Origin: a virus
Length of the DNA: 44,927 nucleotides
Strand: one strand, 5' to 3'
Virus record (IMG/VR): IMGVR_UViG_3300045988_159056
Every line of letters starts with the position of its first letter. Position 1 is the stretch's first letter. The notes under the pieces were generated by a model, which saw nothing but the letters and a program-made list of their open reading frames with translations, had not been told where the DNA came from and did no database searches. Shown one piece after another: positions 7,811 to 16,421 of the stretch. The position numbers and the translations under genes are program-made.

Positions 7811-10012
7811 ATGAAATTTAAGAGCTTTTCCGCTCATATTCTGGCTTTATTGGGCTTGTCGGAATGGAGCAGGGTAGAGGACAAAAACTCTATCACAGTC
7901 GAGGAAGTGGCAAAACTGAAAAATTACGGTTTTACCGAAAAATTCCTCACGGATTTTAAGGCGTCCCTTGAAAATGATTTCCAGGACGAAACCGAAGACG
8001 GGGGACAGGGAGAGGGAAACGATGAACCCAAAACTACCGCTTTCCTCCGTGGCCTGTTGGGTGACACTGCCGCCCGTCTGACGCAGGCGCAAGAACAGCT
8101 TGAGGCACTGCAAGCACAACAGAGTGAGGAAGACAGAAACAACACGGCGGCAATAGCCAAAAAAGATGCGGAAATCAAAAAGCTTTCCGGTATTATCGCC
8201 CAACTTTCGGAGGCTTCCGAAAACGATCCGGGCAAAGGCACACAGCACAGCGCACACATGGACGGTAAAGGAAAGTTTAATTTGCAGGACGAAAAACAGC
8301 TGGGAGGCTTGCAGGGTGAAATGTTCTCACTTGACCGCCCGTATAACCTTCGCGCCAAAGCCGCATTAATGGAAGCTGCCGGTTTTGAAATGATCGCTCT
8401 TCCGAAAGCAAGTTCCATGGATTACAGCCGTTTGAAGGAAGATCTTGGAGCATTTTACCGTATCCCATGGCAACAGCGTTTGCAGTCGTTTTTAATGGAA
8501 CTTCCTTCCATTGAAAGTATTTTCCCGCTTGAATCCGGTTATCAGGACCTGGCTACGTTGGTTAATATCTGGCTGGGTGAGTTCTCACAGGCCGGTAATG
8601 AGGAATCCGACTTTGACAAGGTGACTAAGGGTTCTTATGAGTTCGACGACGAAACCCTGCGTATGTTCAACGTGATGTTTGCGCACCGTTTTAAAAATTT
8701 AAAGGCTCTGGAGAAAACCTGGATCGGCACTTTGAACAAGGAAGGTTCAAACCCTATAAAATGGTCTTTCATCGAGTACATCCTGGCCGAAACAGCGAAG
8801 AAGTTGCATAACGAGCGTGAACAACGCCGTATTAACGGAATCCGTAAAGATCCGAATTTGAACGAACCGGGCAAAGCACTTGCCGCGGCTGACGGACTGT
8901 ATGAGTTCTTGAATAAAAAAGTGAACGGACATACCGATATCAATAACGGAAAGCTCGTTTACCAGATCAAGCCGTTCGAGTTGGGAGAAATTACCGAAGC
9001 AAACATCGGTGAAAAAGTGTACAAGGGTACTTCCATGATTCCGGCCGTTCTTCGTGATAGCGGAAACCTGGCACTTTATATGCCTTCTCACTTCATTGTA
9101 TTGTATCATAAATACAATGAATTGCATTACGGACAGAATCAGGATTACAAGGCTAACATTATGTACGTCAAGGAATACCCGGGGGTAAAGATTATTCCCG
9201 TGCCTAATGCGGATAACCACCACCGTATCTTCTGGACGTTTGAAGGCAACATTAAGACGTTTGAGGACAAACCGGGTGAAATGACAGCGTTCAATCTGGA
9301 ACAGGAGGACTGGAGTTTGAAAGTCTGGAGTAACTGGCGTGAATCTATCTGGGCTATTGCCGTAGGCTTCAAATATACGAAGAAGGAAGATATGGACTAT
9401 ACGCGCCAGATGATCTTCTGTAATGAGTACGACCGCCCGGCGTCTTACTTTGTGGATGCTGACAAGGACAAGAACCCGTCGGCCAAACTTCACACGTCCA
9501 TTGTTACCGTAGCTAATACGGCCGAATTTGCTATTACCGATATTGAAGATGCGCCGGTAGGTGCGGTTATTTCCCTGAAATGCGGAAGCGTGGATAAGGG
9601 TGTTAAGATCGAGAAAAGCGGAAATTTCAGTCTTATTGACGACGATTGGGAACCTGGCAAGGGAGATGTTATCAAACTGATGAAACGTGCCGACGGTAAA
9701 TTTATCGAGATCAGCCGCGAAAATGCCTCTTCCGATGCGTTGCAGTTTGCGCCGGATGAAACGGCACCTTCCTTGCTTGACGGCGAAGTATTTGTTACCG
9801 GTGTAAATACAAAGGCAACGGCAATCACCAACTTTACTGATGCGGAAGCCGGAATCGTTTATACGATTTACGGAAACGGTTCTGAAAATGCTTCTACCAT
9901 TGCTAACGCTGGAAACTTTGTCCTTACCGAAGCTATGACGCTTTCCGAAGGCAAGTTTATCAAATTGGCAAAAGCTTCTGACGGTAAATTCTACGAAGTG
10001 GCAAGAGGCTAA
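7811..10012 (+). CDS. Major capsid protein candidate with an N-terminal scaffold/delta-like coiled coil and two C-terminal ~55-aa repeat modules
   Basis: 733 aa, immediately after the protease. Acidic coiled coil (LTQAQEQLEALQAQQSEED). Tandem C-terminal repeats at 9560-9718 and 9851-10006. Confidence 0.6.
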   Translation: MKFKSFSAHILALLGLSEWSRVEDKNSITVEEVAKLKNYGFTEKFLTDFKASLENDFQDETEDGGQGEGNDEPKTTAFLRGLLGDTAARLTQAQEQLEALQAQQSEEDRNNTAAIAKKDAEIKKLSGIIAQLSEASENDPGKGTQHSAHMDGKGKFNLQDEKQLGGLQGEMFSLDRPYNLRAKAALMEAAGFEMIALPKASSMDYSRLKEDLGAFYRIPWQQRLQSFLMELPSIESIFPLESGYQDLATLVNIWLGEFSQAGNEESDFDKVTKGSYEFDDETLRMFNVMFAHRFKNLKALEKTWIGTLNKEGSNPIKWSFIEYILAETAKKLHNEREQRRINGIRKDPNLNEPGKALAAADGLYEFLNKKVNGHTDINNGKLVYQIKPFELGEITEANIGEKVYKGTSMIPAVLRDSGNLALYMPSHFIVLYHKYNELHYGQNQDYKANIMYVKEYPGVKIIPVPNADNHHRIFWTFEGNIKTFEDKPGEMTAFNLEQEDWSLKVWSNWRESIWAIAVGFKYTKKEDMDYTRQMIFCNEYDRPASYFVDADKDKNPSAKLHTSIVTVANTAEFAITDIEDAPVGAVISLKCGSVDKGVKIEKSGNFSLIDDDWEPGKGDVIKLMKRADGKFIEISRENASSDALQFAPDETAPSLLDGEVFVTGVNTKATAITNFTDAEAGIVYTIYGNGSENASTIANAGNFVLTEAMTLSEGKFIKLAKASDGKFYEVARG

Positions 10013-10019
10013 ATTAATC

Positions 10020-10047
10020 GGAAGGGGTACTTTATCCCTTCCATTTT
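10020..10047 (+). terminator. Hairpin after the capsid gene (attenuator/terminator)
   Basis: ggaaggg (10020-10026) pairs with cccttcc (10036-10042), followed by atttta. Confidence 0.4.
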
Positions 10048-10070
10048 ATAACCTTATAAATCATTAAGTT

Positions 10071-10877
10071 ATGACATACGTAAAAGCAAGTGTAAGAAGA
10101 CCAGTCGGCAATCCCGGTAACGGTATTCAGCCCAAGGATCAGCTCGTAATTTACGACGTTGACGATATTCTTTCCTTTCCGCAGAGAAATGAGGCTGGCG
10201 TGGTTATTGAGAATGACATCGTAATGAAGGCGGGACGTTATGCGATCGGTATTTACCTGACACCCGGTACCGCTGAAATCAGTTCCAACAGTGACGGGGA
10301 AACCGATGCGGAAGGTTATACGCCTTCCATTAAGTTCAATCATCCCGGTAACGAACAGGAAATCCGTGAGTTTAAGACAAACTGGCTGTCCAAGAAATGT
10401 ATCGTTGTGCTCCGTTATTGTAGCGGAAAGCCTGCCGATCTGATCGGAACGCCTTGTAACCCGTGTAAGTTATCCGTATCTTATACCGGTTCCAATGAAT
10501 CGAATACTAACGAACTTACTTTCGCCCAGATCAGCAAGGGGGATGATATCGCCATCTATAAAGGTACCGACACTTTGGAAGAACCGGTTGCCATCGTGGA
10601 AGCTTCTGCCACAGATATAGAGTACCAGACGGACGGACAATACCAGCTTTCCGGCGGTGCCGCTAAGATTGCAGGCATTACCGGGGGAAGTCATGGATCG
10701 GTAATTACTCTTATGGGATGTTCCGGCGTTGCGCCAACAGTGGAGAAAGGGGGTAATTTCCTTCTGAAAGGTGGTAAGACGTTCACCGCTTCCGAAGGCT
10801 CACAACTGACATTGCGGGCATTCGACGACGGATCAGAGGATCTGAAATGGATTGAACAAAGTCGATATGAGGCATAA
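10071..10877 (+). CDS. Virion protein candidate whose C-terminal module matches the capsid repeats (decoration protein?)
   Basis: 268 aa. Its C-terminus (10695-10865) aligns with the capsid repeats (G-V-I-x-L...GNF-L...DG...E..R). Confidence 0.55.
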   Translation: MTYVKASVRRPVGNPGNGIQPKDQLVIYDVDDILSFPQRNEAGVVIENDIVMKAGRYAIGIYLTPGTAEISSNSDGETDAEGYTPSIKFNHPGNEQEIREFKTNWLSKKCIVVLRYCSGKPADLIGTPCNPCKLSVSYTGSNESNTNELTFAQISKGDDIAIYKGTDTLEEPVAIVEASATDIEYQTDGQYQLSGGAAKIAGITGGSHGSVITLMGCSGVAPTVEKGGNFLLKGGKTFTASEGSQLTLRAFDDGSEDLKWIEQSRYEA

Positions 10878-10899
10878 GTAAACGGCTTTAATAAATAAA

Positions 10900-10938
10900 A
10901 AGAATCCCGGAACCTTAACAGCTCCGGGATTTTTTTTA
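10900..10938. terminator. Bidirectional terminator between convergent genes
   Basis: atcccgga (10904-10911) pairs with tccgggat (10923-10930), then a T-run. Confidence 0.7.
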
Positions 10939-11187
10939 TTTGACTTTTAATTCGATCGGTTTACCACAATGGGGACAGGTGATCGTATTCTTTGTTTCCT
11001 GTACTTCCTGGCTGGATGCGAATAGTTGCCACATGGGGACATCTAAAGTAGTGGCGAATCTCTTAATAGTTTCTAAAGTCGGATTTTTCATTAATCCATT
11101 AAGATTTTGTTTTTTAATACCCAATAAGTCTGAAAAGGCGGTTTTAGTTAATCCCTTTTCTTTTAGTAATGCTTCAAAATTATCCAT
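10936..11187 (-). CDS. XRE-family HTH regulator with a C-terminal CPHC zinc-ribbon-like tail
   Basis: 83 aa. GLTKTAFSDLLGIKKQNLNGLMKN is an XRE-type HTH. One of only three minus-strand genes. Confidence 0.8.
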   Translation of the reverse strand: MDNFEALLKEKGLTKTAFSDLLGIKKQNLNGLMKNPTLETIKRFATTLDVPMWQLFASSQEVQETKNTITCPHCGKPIELKVK

Positions 11188-11211
11188 ATCATTAAAATTT
11201 AATGTTGTAAA

Positions 11212-11345
11212 ATTACGAATAGTTACTGTAGTAATGATATATGTATTACTAAATAGTGTTAAGGTAAGTTTTAAATATTACTTTTTGCTTGTTTGGTAAT
11301 GATTTATGCATTACCTTTGTGATATCAAAAAGGAAATAAAGTAAT
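11212..11345. promoter_or_regulatory. Divergent control region with ATTAC/GTAAT repeats and a -7 box
   Basis: ATTAC/GTAAT at 11212, 11222 (gttac), 11231, 11245, 11277, 11296, 11310 and 11341. The inverted repeat ggtaat-N9-attacc (11295-11315) overlaps tacctttg (11312-11319). Confidence 0.4.
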
Positions 11346-11367
11346 AACAATAAAAAATATAAAGATT

Positions 11368-11544
11368 ATGAAAACAAAAATGAATGATAACGTAAAAGGT
11401 AATTTAATAGCTCAGATCATGGGTGAAATGAAATCAGCCGCTTTATTACAAAATAAGCCTTTTGATGAAAGTATTTTCTTCGACCTCATATTTATGAGTG
11501 ATAAAGAGTTATTGAATGTTTCAAAACTTTGTGGTATTAAATAA
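11368..11544 (+). CDS. Small hypothetical protein (58 aa, below the track cutoff)
   Basis: Hand translation MKTKMNDNVKGNLIAQIMGEMKSAALLQNKPFDESIFFDLIFMSDKELLNVSKLCGIK. Followed by the hairpin gcagggc-GAAA-gccctgc at 11559-11576. Confidence 0.4.
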   Translation: MKTKMNDNVKGNLIAQIMGEMKSAALLQNKPFDESIFFDLIFMSDKELLNVSKLCGIK

Positions 11545-11592
11545 TATAACATCAACCAGCAGGGCGAAAGCCCTGCATAAATGATATAAAGA

Positions 11593-11826
11593 ATGAAGGA
11601 TATAGAAGTAAGCGGTGCACATATCACGGATGAAAGTGCCGAGATCTTAAGACAGTGGCAAATTAAAACTGAACCTGTATCCGCTTGCTATATACGGGTA
11701 ATAGAGGAGACAATCGACGATTTGACGGATGAAGGAGGTGATCCCCTTTCTCCGGAAAAGATAGTAGGACGGATAAGAACCTTGCGGATGATGAAAAAGG
11801 ATATTGAAATGTTATCAGGTGTATAA
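11593..11826 (+). CDS. Acidic 77-aa protein, paralog A (copy B at 18557-18790)
   Basis: 48 of 77 residues identical to the 18557-18790 product by hand count. The first 50 nt differ at 3 positions. Confidence 0.65.
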   Translation: MKDIEVSGAHITDESAEILRQWQIKTEPVSACYIRVIEETIDDLTDEGGDPLSPEKIVGRIRTLRMMKKDIEMLSGV

Positions 11827-11850
11827 TATCAATTTGAATAATTGTAATAA

Positions 11851-11892
11851 CAAAGGGGAGCCTTCAGGTTTATTGCCCCTTTGTCCTTTTTT
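11851..11892 (+). terminator. Rho-independent terminator
   Basis: caaagggg (11851-11858) pairs with cccctttg (11876-11883), followed by a T-rich tail. Confidence 0.55.
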
Positions 11893-11939
11893 AAAGGTAA
11901 TTGCCTTCTTTTCTTTGTACAACTAAAATTAAATGTATT

Positions 11940-12887
11940 ATGAAACAGGAAATTATTACCTATTTGGCCGGTCCTCGTAATTTTATCGAAGGCGTGGAAC
12001 TTTACGAAAAATACGGCGTTAATCGTATGTTGAAGAAATCTTTTCGCCGTCAGGGTGAGACGGAAACGATGAAGGCCATTCTTTTAGAGGAATTACGGAA
12101 GCTGGCCGGGCTTTCCGAGCGGGAATTTAAGACGATCCGCCGTAATTCCAAACAACCGGTCGTTGAAAAAGTGGAAAATAAAAAAGCAGAAACAACCCAA
12201 CCGGAAATAAAATACAGTGATGATTTATTGCTGGAGCTGGCCGAATCCTTCGGCGTCAGTGTGGAAGAACTTGTTTCGTCAGACTTCCGGGATAAGGTAC
12301 TTTCCATGGATGAAAATGCCGACCGTGTGGATGAATTGGAAGAACAGCTGGAAGAAGCGGAACAACGATACAAGGCAGCACCGGAAACCGTTACCAAAAT
12401 GATACGTTTCCGCGAGAAGTTTACATTTCTGAACTCTCCGGATTGTCCTGATATCCTCAAAATACTTGTTTCCGATATGTTCACCGCTTATGGAAAGTAT
12501 AAAGAAGCGTTTGCCCGCCTGGAAGCTGCTCCGGATGATATAAGCTCATTAACTACGGCGGAAGAGGCGCAGGCAGTTGTGGAAAATTTCATAGCCAACC
12601 GCGAGATGTGGGACGAGCTGGAATATTACCGGGAAAATGGGAAGATACTGGGCAAATGCGAAAAGGTAAAATCTTTGTCGGTTCGTAAAGGAGTTGAAAA
12701 CCTTTCGGATATTGACATACAAAAAGCGTTGAATAACGCGCGTGCCAATCTTTCCAAGAACAAAACAAAGCTGGAACAGGCCGGGGATGATGAAAAGAAA
12801 AAGGCAAATGCATTTGCACTGGTCCAAAAGTGGGAGACTACATTAAAGGCAATAGAGGAAGAAATCGAGGTACGAAAAAAAAAGTAG
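11940..12887 (+). CDS. Hypothetical acidic coiled-coil protein. Ends at a TAG 1 nt after an A_AAA_AAG slippery site
   Basis: ATG 11940 (MKQEIITYLAGPRNF...). 315 aa ending EIEVRKKK. Confidence 0.6.
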   Translation: MKQEIITYLAGPRNFIEGVELYEKYGVNRMLKKSFRRQGETETMKAILLEELRKLAGLSEREFKTIRRNSKQPVVEKVENKKAETTQPEIKYSDDLLLELAESFGVSVEELVSSDFRDKVLSMDENADRVDELEEQLEEAEQRYKAAPETVTKMIRFREKFTFLNSPDCPDILKILVSDMFTAYGKYKEAFARLEAAPDDISSLTTAEEAQAVVENFIANREMWDELEYYRENGKILGKCEKVKSLSVRKGVENLSDIDIQKALNNARANLSKNKTKLEQAGDDEKKKANAFALVQKWETTLKAIEEEIEVRKKK

Positions 12888-13051
12888 TCGAACTTATTGC
12901 CACTTTAACAGAGAAGCGGAAACGGCTCACAAAGAATCAGGGCCGTTTTTCTCACCCGTGCGACCGTTCGGAATTGGGGCACCAGATCAAAATATTAACC
13001 ATCCGGATAGAAAAAGAAGAAAGCCGGTTTAAGCAACTTTCCAATGATTAA
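12830..13051 (+). CDS. -1-frame ORF, probably a frameshift extension of the 11940-12887 product rather than an independent gene
   Basis: Overlaps the upstream ORF by 58 nt. From 12884 it reads VVELIATLTEKRKRL... Its stop overlaps the methyltransferase ATG. Confidence 0.4.
   Translation: MGDYIKGNRGRNRGTKKKVVELIATLTEKRKRLTKNQGRFSHPCDRSELGHQIKILTIRIEKEESRFKQLSND
12878..12884 (+). other. Candidate -1 frameshift slippery heptamer A_AAA_AAG within an A9 run (12875-12883)
   Basis: Zero-frame codons are AAA (12879-12881) and AAG (12882-12884), then TAG at 12885-12887. The -1 frame stays open to 13051. Confidence 0.4.
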
Positions 13052-13718
13052 AAACAAAATTTATAACGAGGATTGCCTGGAGACGTTGAAATGTATTCCA
13101 GACAACTCGGTCGATTGTATAATTACCGATCCGCCTTATTTTCTGGGAATGACACACAACGGGCAAAAAGGCTGTTTTAAGGATTTATCCATCTGTAAAC
13201 CTTTTTACCGGGATTTGTTTCTGGGGTTTAAGCGGGTGAAGAAGCCCGAGGCTTGTGTTTATTTTTTTACGGACTGGCGCGGGTATGCTTTTTATTATCC
13301 GTTGTTTGATTTGTATCTGGGAGCGTCAAATATGCTCGTTTGGAACAAGCAATCGGGACCGGGAAATCATTATGCTTTTACGCATGAACTTATTTTGTTT
13401 CATTGTGGCAAAAATGTTTCCATTGGAGCCACCAATATAATAGACAATATTAAATCATTCTCTTCCGGAGCTAAAAAGATAGAAGGTGAGAAAGTCCATC
13501 CAACACAGAAACCGGTGGCGTTGATCCGTAAACTGATTGAAGACAGTACAAAGCCGGGGGATCTGGTCCTGGACACTTTCGGCGGTTCCGGTACTACGGC
13601 CGTAGCAGCCATTGAAAGCGGCCGGAATTTTGTTTTAATGGAACAGGACGAAATTTATTATTTCACGGCACAGAAACGGATAAAAGATGCGTATGAACGA
13701 TTTAATGGTAGTAGATAG
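13044..13718 (+). CDS. Orphan DNA methyltransferase, beta-class N6-adenine/N4-cytosine type (DPPY)
   Basis: IITDPPYF (motif IV) precedes DTFGGSGTTAVAA (motif I). No nuclease gene nearby. Confidence 0.9.
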   Translation: MIKNKIYNEDCLETLKCIPDNSVDCIITDPPYFLGMTHNGQKGCFKDLSICKPFYRDLFLGFKRVKKPEACVYFFTDWRGYAFYYPLFDLYLGASNMLVWNKQSGPGNHYAFTHELILFHCGKNVSIGATNIIDNIKSFSSGAKKIEGEKVHPTQKPVALIRKLIEDSTKPGDLVLDTFGGSGTTAVAAIESGRNFVLMEQDEIYYFTAQKRIKDAYERFNGSR

Positions 13719-14037
13719 TATTTACCTGGATGCTCAGCAAAAAGAGGATGTACGGCGTTTGTCTTCTTTAGGGTATTCTCCGAAAGATATAGCCGTTTCC
13801 CTGGGGCTTTCTTTGGAAGGTTCCGGGCTTTTTGTCCGGGATGCGGAAACGGTGGGAACTTCCGTTAACTTTCTGATCCGGGAAGGGATTCTCGTAGCAC
13901 GTGCCGCACCTGAAATAAAACTTCATGAAGCGGCGGAAGGTGGAAACGTGGAAGCTATAAAACAGCTGGAGGCCGTACGGAAAAGACATACTTTCGAACG
14001 TTTAATCGAACAAATGGATGACGACGAATTTAATTAA
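13687..14037 (+). CDS. Small HTH-like protein (possible small terminase or packaging accessory)
   Basis: GYSPKDIAVSLGLS is HTH-like. Two genes upstream of the large terminase. Start is ambiguous (13687, 13693 or 13705). Confidence 0.4.
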   Translation: MRMNDLMVVDSIYLDAQQKEDVRRLSSLGYSPKDIAVSLGLSLEGSGLFVRDAETVGTSVNFLIREGILVARAAPEIKLHEAAEGGNVEAIKQLEAVRKRHTFERLIEQMDDDEFN

Positions 14038-14698
14038 GCCCTCACGAATAGACTTTGACAAGGTGGATATCAACCAGATTCAAAGGATTCTTTCTACCGG
14101 TACGCTGGAAGCACTCGCGCCCGATGAAAGGGAATATTATAGTCTTATGGAAATGGTACGGGGCCTTCGTGCCCGTATGCGTATAAATGGCAAGTTGGTG
14201 ACAAAGGCCGGTATCATCCGCCTTTTGAAGTCGGAACCTTACGGCCTTTCGGACTGGATGGCCCGCCAAGTGTACGCTGACAGCCTCAATTTCTTTTATA
14301 CACAGGATAATGTACGCCCGCAGGCTTTTGCTAACCTGTATGCGGAAAAGGCCGAAAATTGGGCGAATACCGTTTTTCTTATGGGTAATGTAAAAGAGGC
14401 CAAGAACTTGCTGAAACTGGCGGCGGAACTTCGCGGATGTTATAAGGAACAACAAACCGAAATACCGGAGGAACTGCTTTCACAGAAAAGTACGGTTATA
14501 TATACTACCAGCCGTAAGGATCTGGGTGTTCCTGAAATAGACCGTAAGGAATTGGAGGAATTTATCGACGCGATACCGGAAATTCCTGTTATTGTACGCG
14601 AAAATATCAAGGAAGATGCGCGTATTAAAGCTTTTGACCTGAAAAAACGTATGTTATATGATATCAAAGAGTTCGGGGAAGATAATGAAGGTGAGTAA
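14018..14698 (+). CDS. Hypothetical protein (small-terminase position)
   Basis: 226 aa, directly upstream of and overlapping the large terminase gene. No motif recognised. Confidence 0.45.
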   Translation: MTTNLIKPSRIDFDKVDINQIQRILSTGTLEALAPDEREYYSLMEMVRGLRARMRINGKLVTKAGIIRLLKSEPYGLSDWMARQVYADSLNFFYTQDNVRPQAFANLYAEKAENWANTVFLMGNVKEAKNLLKLAAELRGCYKEQQTEIPEELLSQKSTVIYTTSRKDLGVPEIDRKELEEFIDAIPEIPVIVRENIKEDARIKAFDLKKRMLYDIKEFGEDNEGE

Positions 14699-16379
14699 CG
14701 CCGATGATGTGGAAATAAAATACGGCCACATTATCCAGGTCTTGACGGACTGGATAGATACCACTATCCTTGTATCTATTGACGGCCGCGGTACTGCCAA
14801 ATCTACCGTTATACAAGCAAGACGTTCCGCCCGGTGTGTTGAAGAAATGCCCGGTGGGGCGTTCGCTTTTGTAGCCAATACTTACAGCAACCTGGAAGAT
14901 AACATAATGCCTGCCGTACAGAAAGGATGGCAGCTTATGGGTATGATCGAAGGGGTACACTATGTGAAAGATACCCGTCCGCCTGAATCCTGGCGGCGTA
15001 AATGTTCGGTTATTGTGGATGATTACAAGCATGTTTATAGTTTCTGGAATGGATGTGTTATTTTCATGGGGTCATTGGATAATCCTTCATTATTGGCCGG
15101 AAAGTCTGTAATACATCTCTTTTATGATGAAGCGAAGTACGATAAGGAAATGAAAGTAAACCGCGCTATGCCGATTCTTCGCGGTGATGCGATCACTTAC
15201 GGACATTCTCATTTATTTCTGGGGATAACCATTACTACCGATATGCCGGATATTGACGAAAACGAGTTCGACTGGTTCTTCCGGTACGTTAAGCAAATGG
15301 ACCCGGAACGGATCATTAAAATAGTACAGGCGGCAAGTATGCGTAATGATCTGGTAATTTCTTTATTGAAAGAAGAAAGAAAAAATAAGCCTTCCCCTTT
15401 GAAATTGAAACGTTTAAAACGGGATATTGAATATTACGACCGGGCTTTATTAAAGTTAAGAAAAGGGCAGACGTTCTTTCTTAATGCTTCTTCATTCGCC
15501 AATGTGGAGATACTTACAGTTGATTATCTAAAGCGTCTGTATAATGGAACGCTGGAATTACACGAATTTAAAAAGTCGGTAATAGGTATGCGCCCGGGAC
15601 TTCGCAGAGATTTACGCTTTTATGTTTTGTTTGGTGAAGGACATAAGTATTATAACGGTACCGCATCCGGGGAAGCTGCTTACAGTTCACGGGAACTTCG
15701 CTACTTGCACCATGATAAAGCGATTGAAGGCGGTATGGACTTCGGTAATATGCTTTCTCTGGTGATCGGTCAGCCGGACGGGGCTTACTATCGGATACAT
15801 AAGAACTTTTTCGAGATACCGCCGGGCTGGTTCCGGGAAATTGCCGATCAGTTCCTTTCTTTTTTTCAGAATCACGAATGTAAGGAACTGGATTTGTATT
15901 ACGACCGTGCGGGCAACAATTTCGAGAAACAGAAAGAAGACTACGCGAGTAAGATAAAAGACGCTATCGAGAAGGACGGCAGCGGAAGCCGTACCGGCTG
16001 GATCGTAAATCTAAAGAGCCGTAAACAGGCAGTTATCCGGCAGGATGCGGAATACGATTTTATGCAGGAGATAATGGGAGGTACGAACGAGAATTTGCCT
16101 ATTCTTTTAGTGGATGCGGTGAACTGTAAAGAAATGGTAAGTTCCGTAGAGAAGGCAAAGGCGGAAATCAAGTACCGGGGTAATTCTAAGGTCGTGTTTA
16201 AAGTGAAGAAATCCGAGAAGCTGGCACCGAAAAAACTACCAATGTTATCCACCAATTTCTCCGATGCCTTCAAATACTTGTTGATGCGTCCTGGCTGGAT
16301 AGCTCTAGTACGAGGCAAGCGGAAGCTGCAGGCCGACTCGTTTGTGGATCAATGGATAGAGAACAGGCATAAAGGGTAA
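14685..16379 (+). CDS. terL: Terminase large subunit
   Basis: Walker A-like DGRGTAKST and Walker B HLFYDEA. About 560 aa from ATG 14685. Confidence 0.85.
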   Translation: MKVSNADDVEIKYGHIIQVLTDWIDTTILVSIDGRGTAKSTVIQARRSARCVEEMPGGAFAFVANTYSNLEDNIMPAVQKGWQLMGMIEGVHYVKDTRPPESWRRKCSVIVDDYKHVYSFWNGCVIFMGSLDNPSLLAGKSVIHLFYDEAKYDKEMKVNRAMPILRGDAITYGHSHLFLGITITTDMPDIDENEFDWFFRYVKQMDPERIIKIVQAASMRNDLVISLLKEERKNKPSPLKLKRLKRDIEYYDRALLKLRKGQTFFLNASSFANVEILTVDYLKRLYNGTLELHEFKKSVIGMRPGLRRDLRFYVLFGEGHKYYNGTASGEAAYSSRELRYLHHDKAIEGGMDFGNMLSLVIGQPDGAYYRIHKNFFEIPPGWFREIADQFLSFFQNHECKELDLYYDRAGNNFEKQKEDYASKIKDAIEKDGSGSRTGWIVNLKSRKQAVIRQDAEYDFMQEIMGGTNENLPILLVDAVNCKEMVSSVEKAKAEIKYRGNSKVVFKVKKSEKLAPKKLPMLSTNFSDAFKYLLMRPGWIALVRGKRKLQADSFVDQWIENRHKG

Positions 16380-16390
16380 TTGCCTTGTAA

Positions 16391-16421
16391 CGCTGGAAAA
16401 ACGGTTTTCCGGCGTTTTTTT
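16391..16421 (+). terminator. Rho-independent terminator after terL
   Basis: Stem 16391-16400 / 16405-16414, then a T7 run at 16415-16421. Confidence 0.65.

Noticed and set aside
8747-9493. Long antisense ORFs inside the capsid, tape-measure and tail-fibre genes (for example 8747-9493, 27641-28294, 35566-36114, 3663-4259)
   Set aside because: All are embedded opposite much longer + strand genes with recognisable motifs. Their products are compositionally odd (Ser/Arg/Phe-rich). They are typical shadow ORFs.
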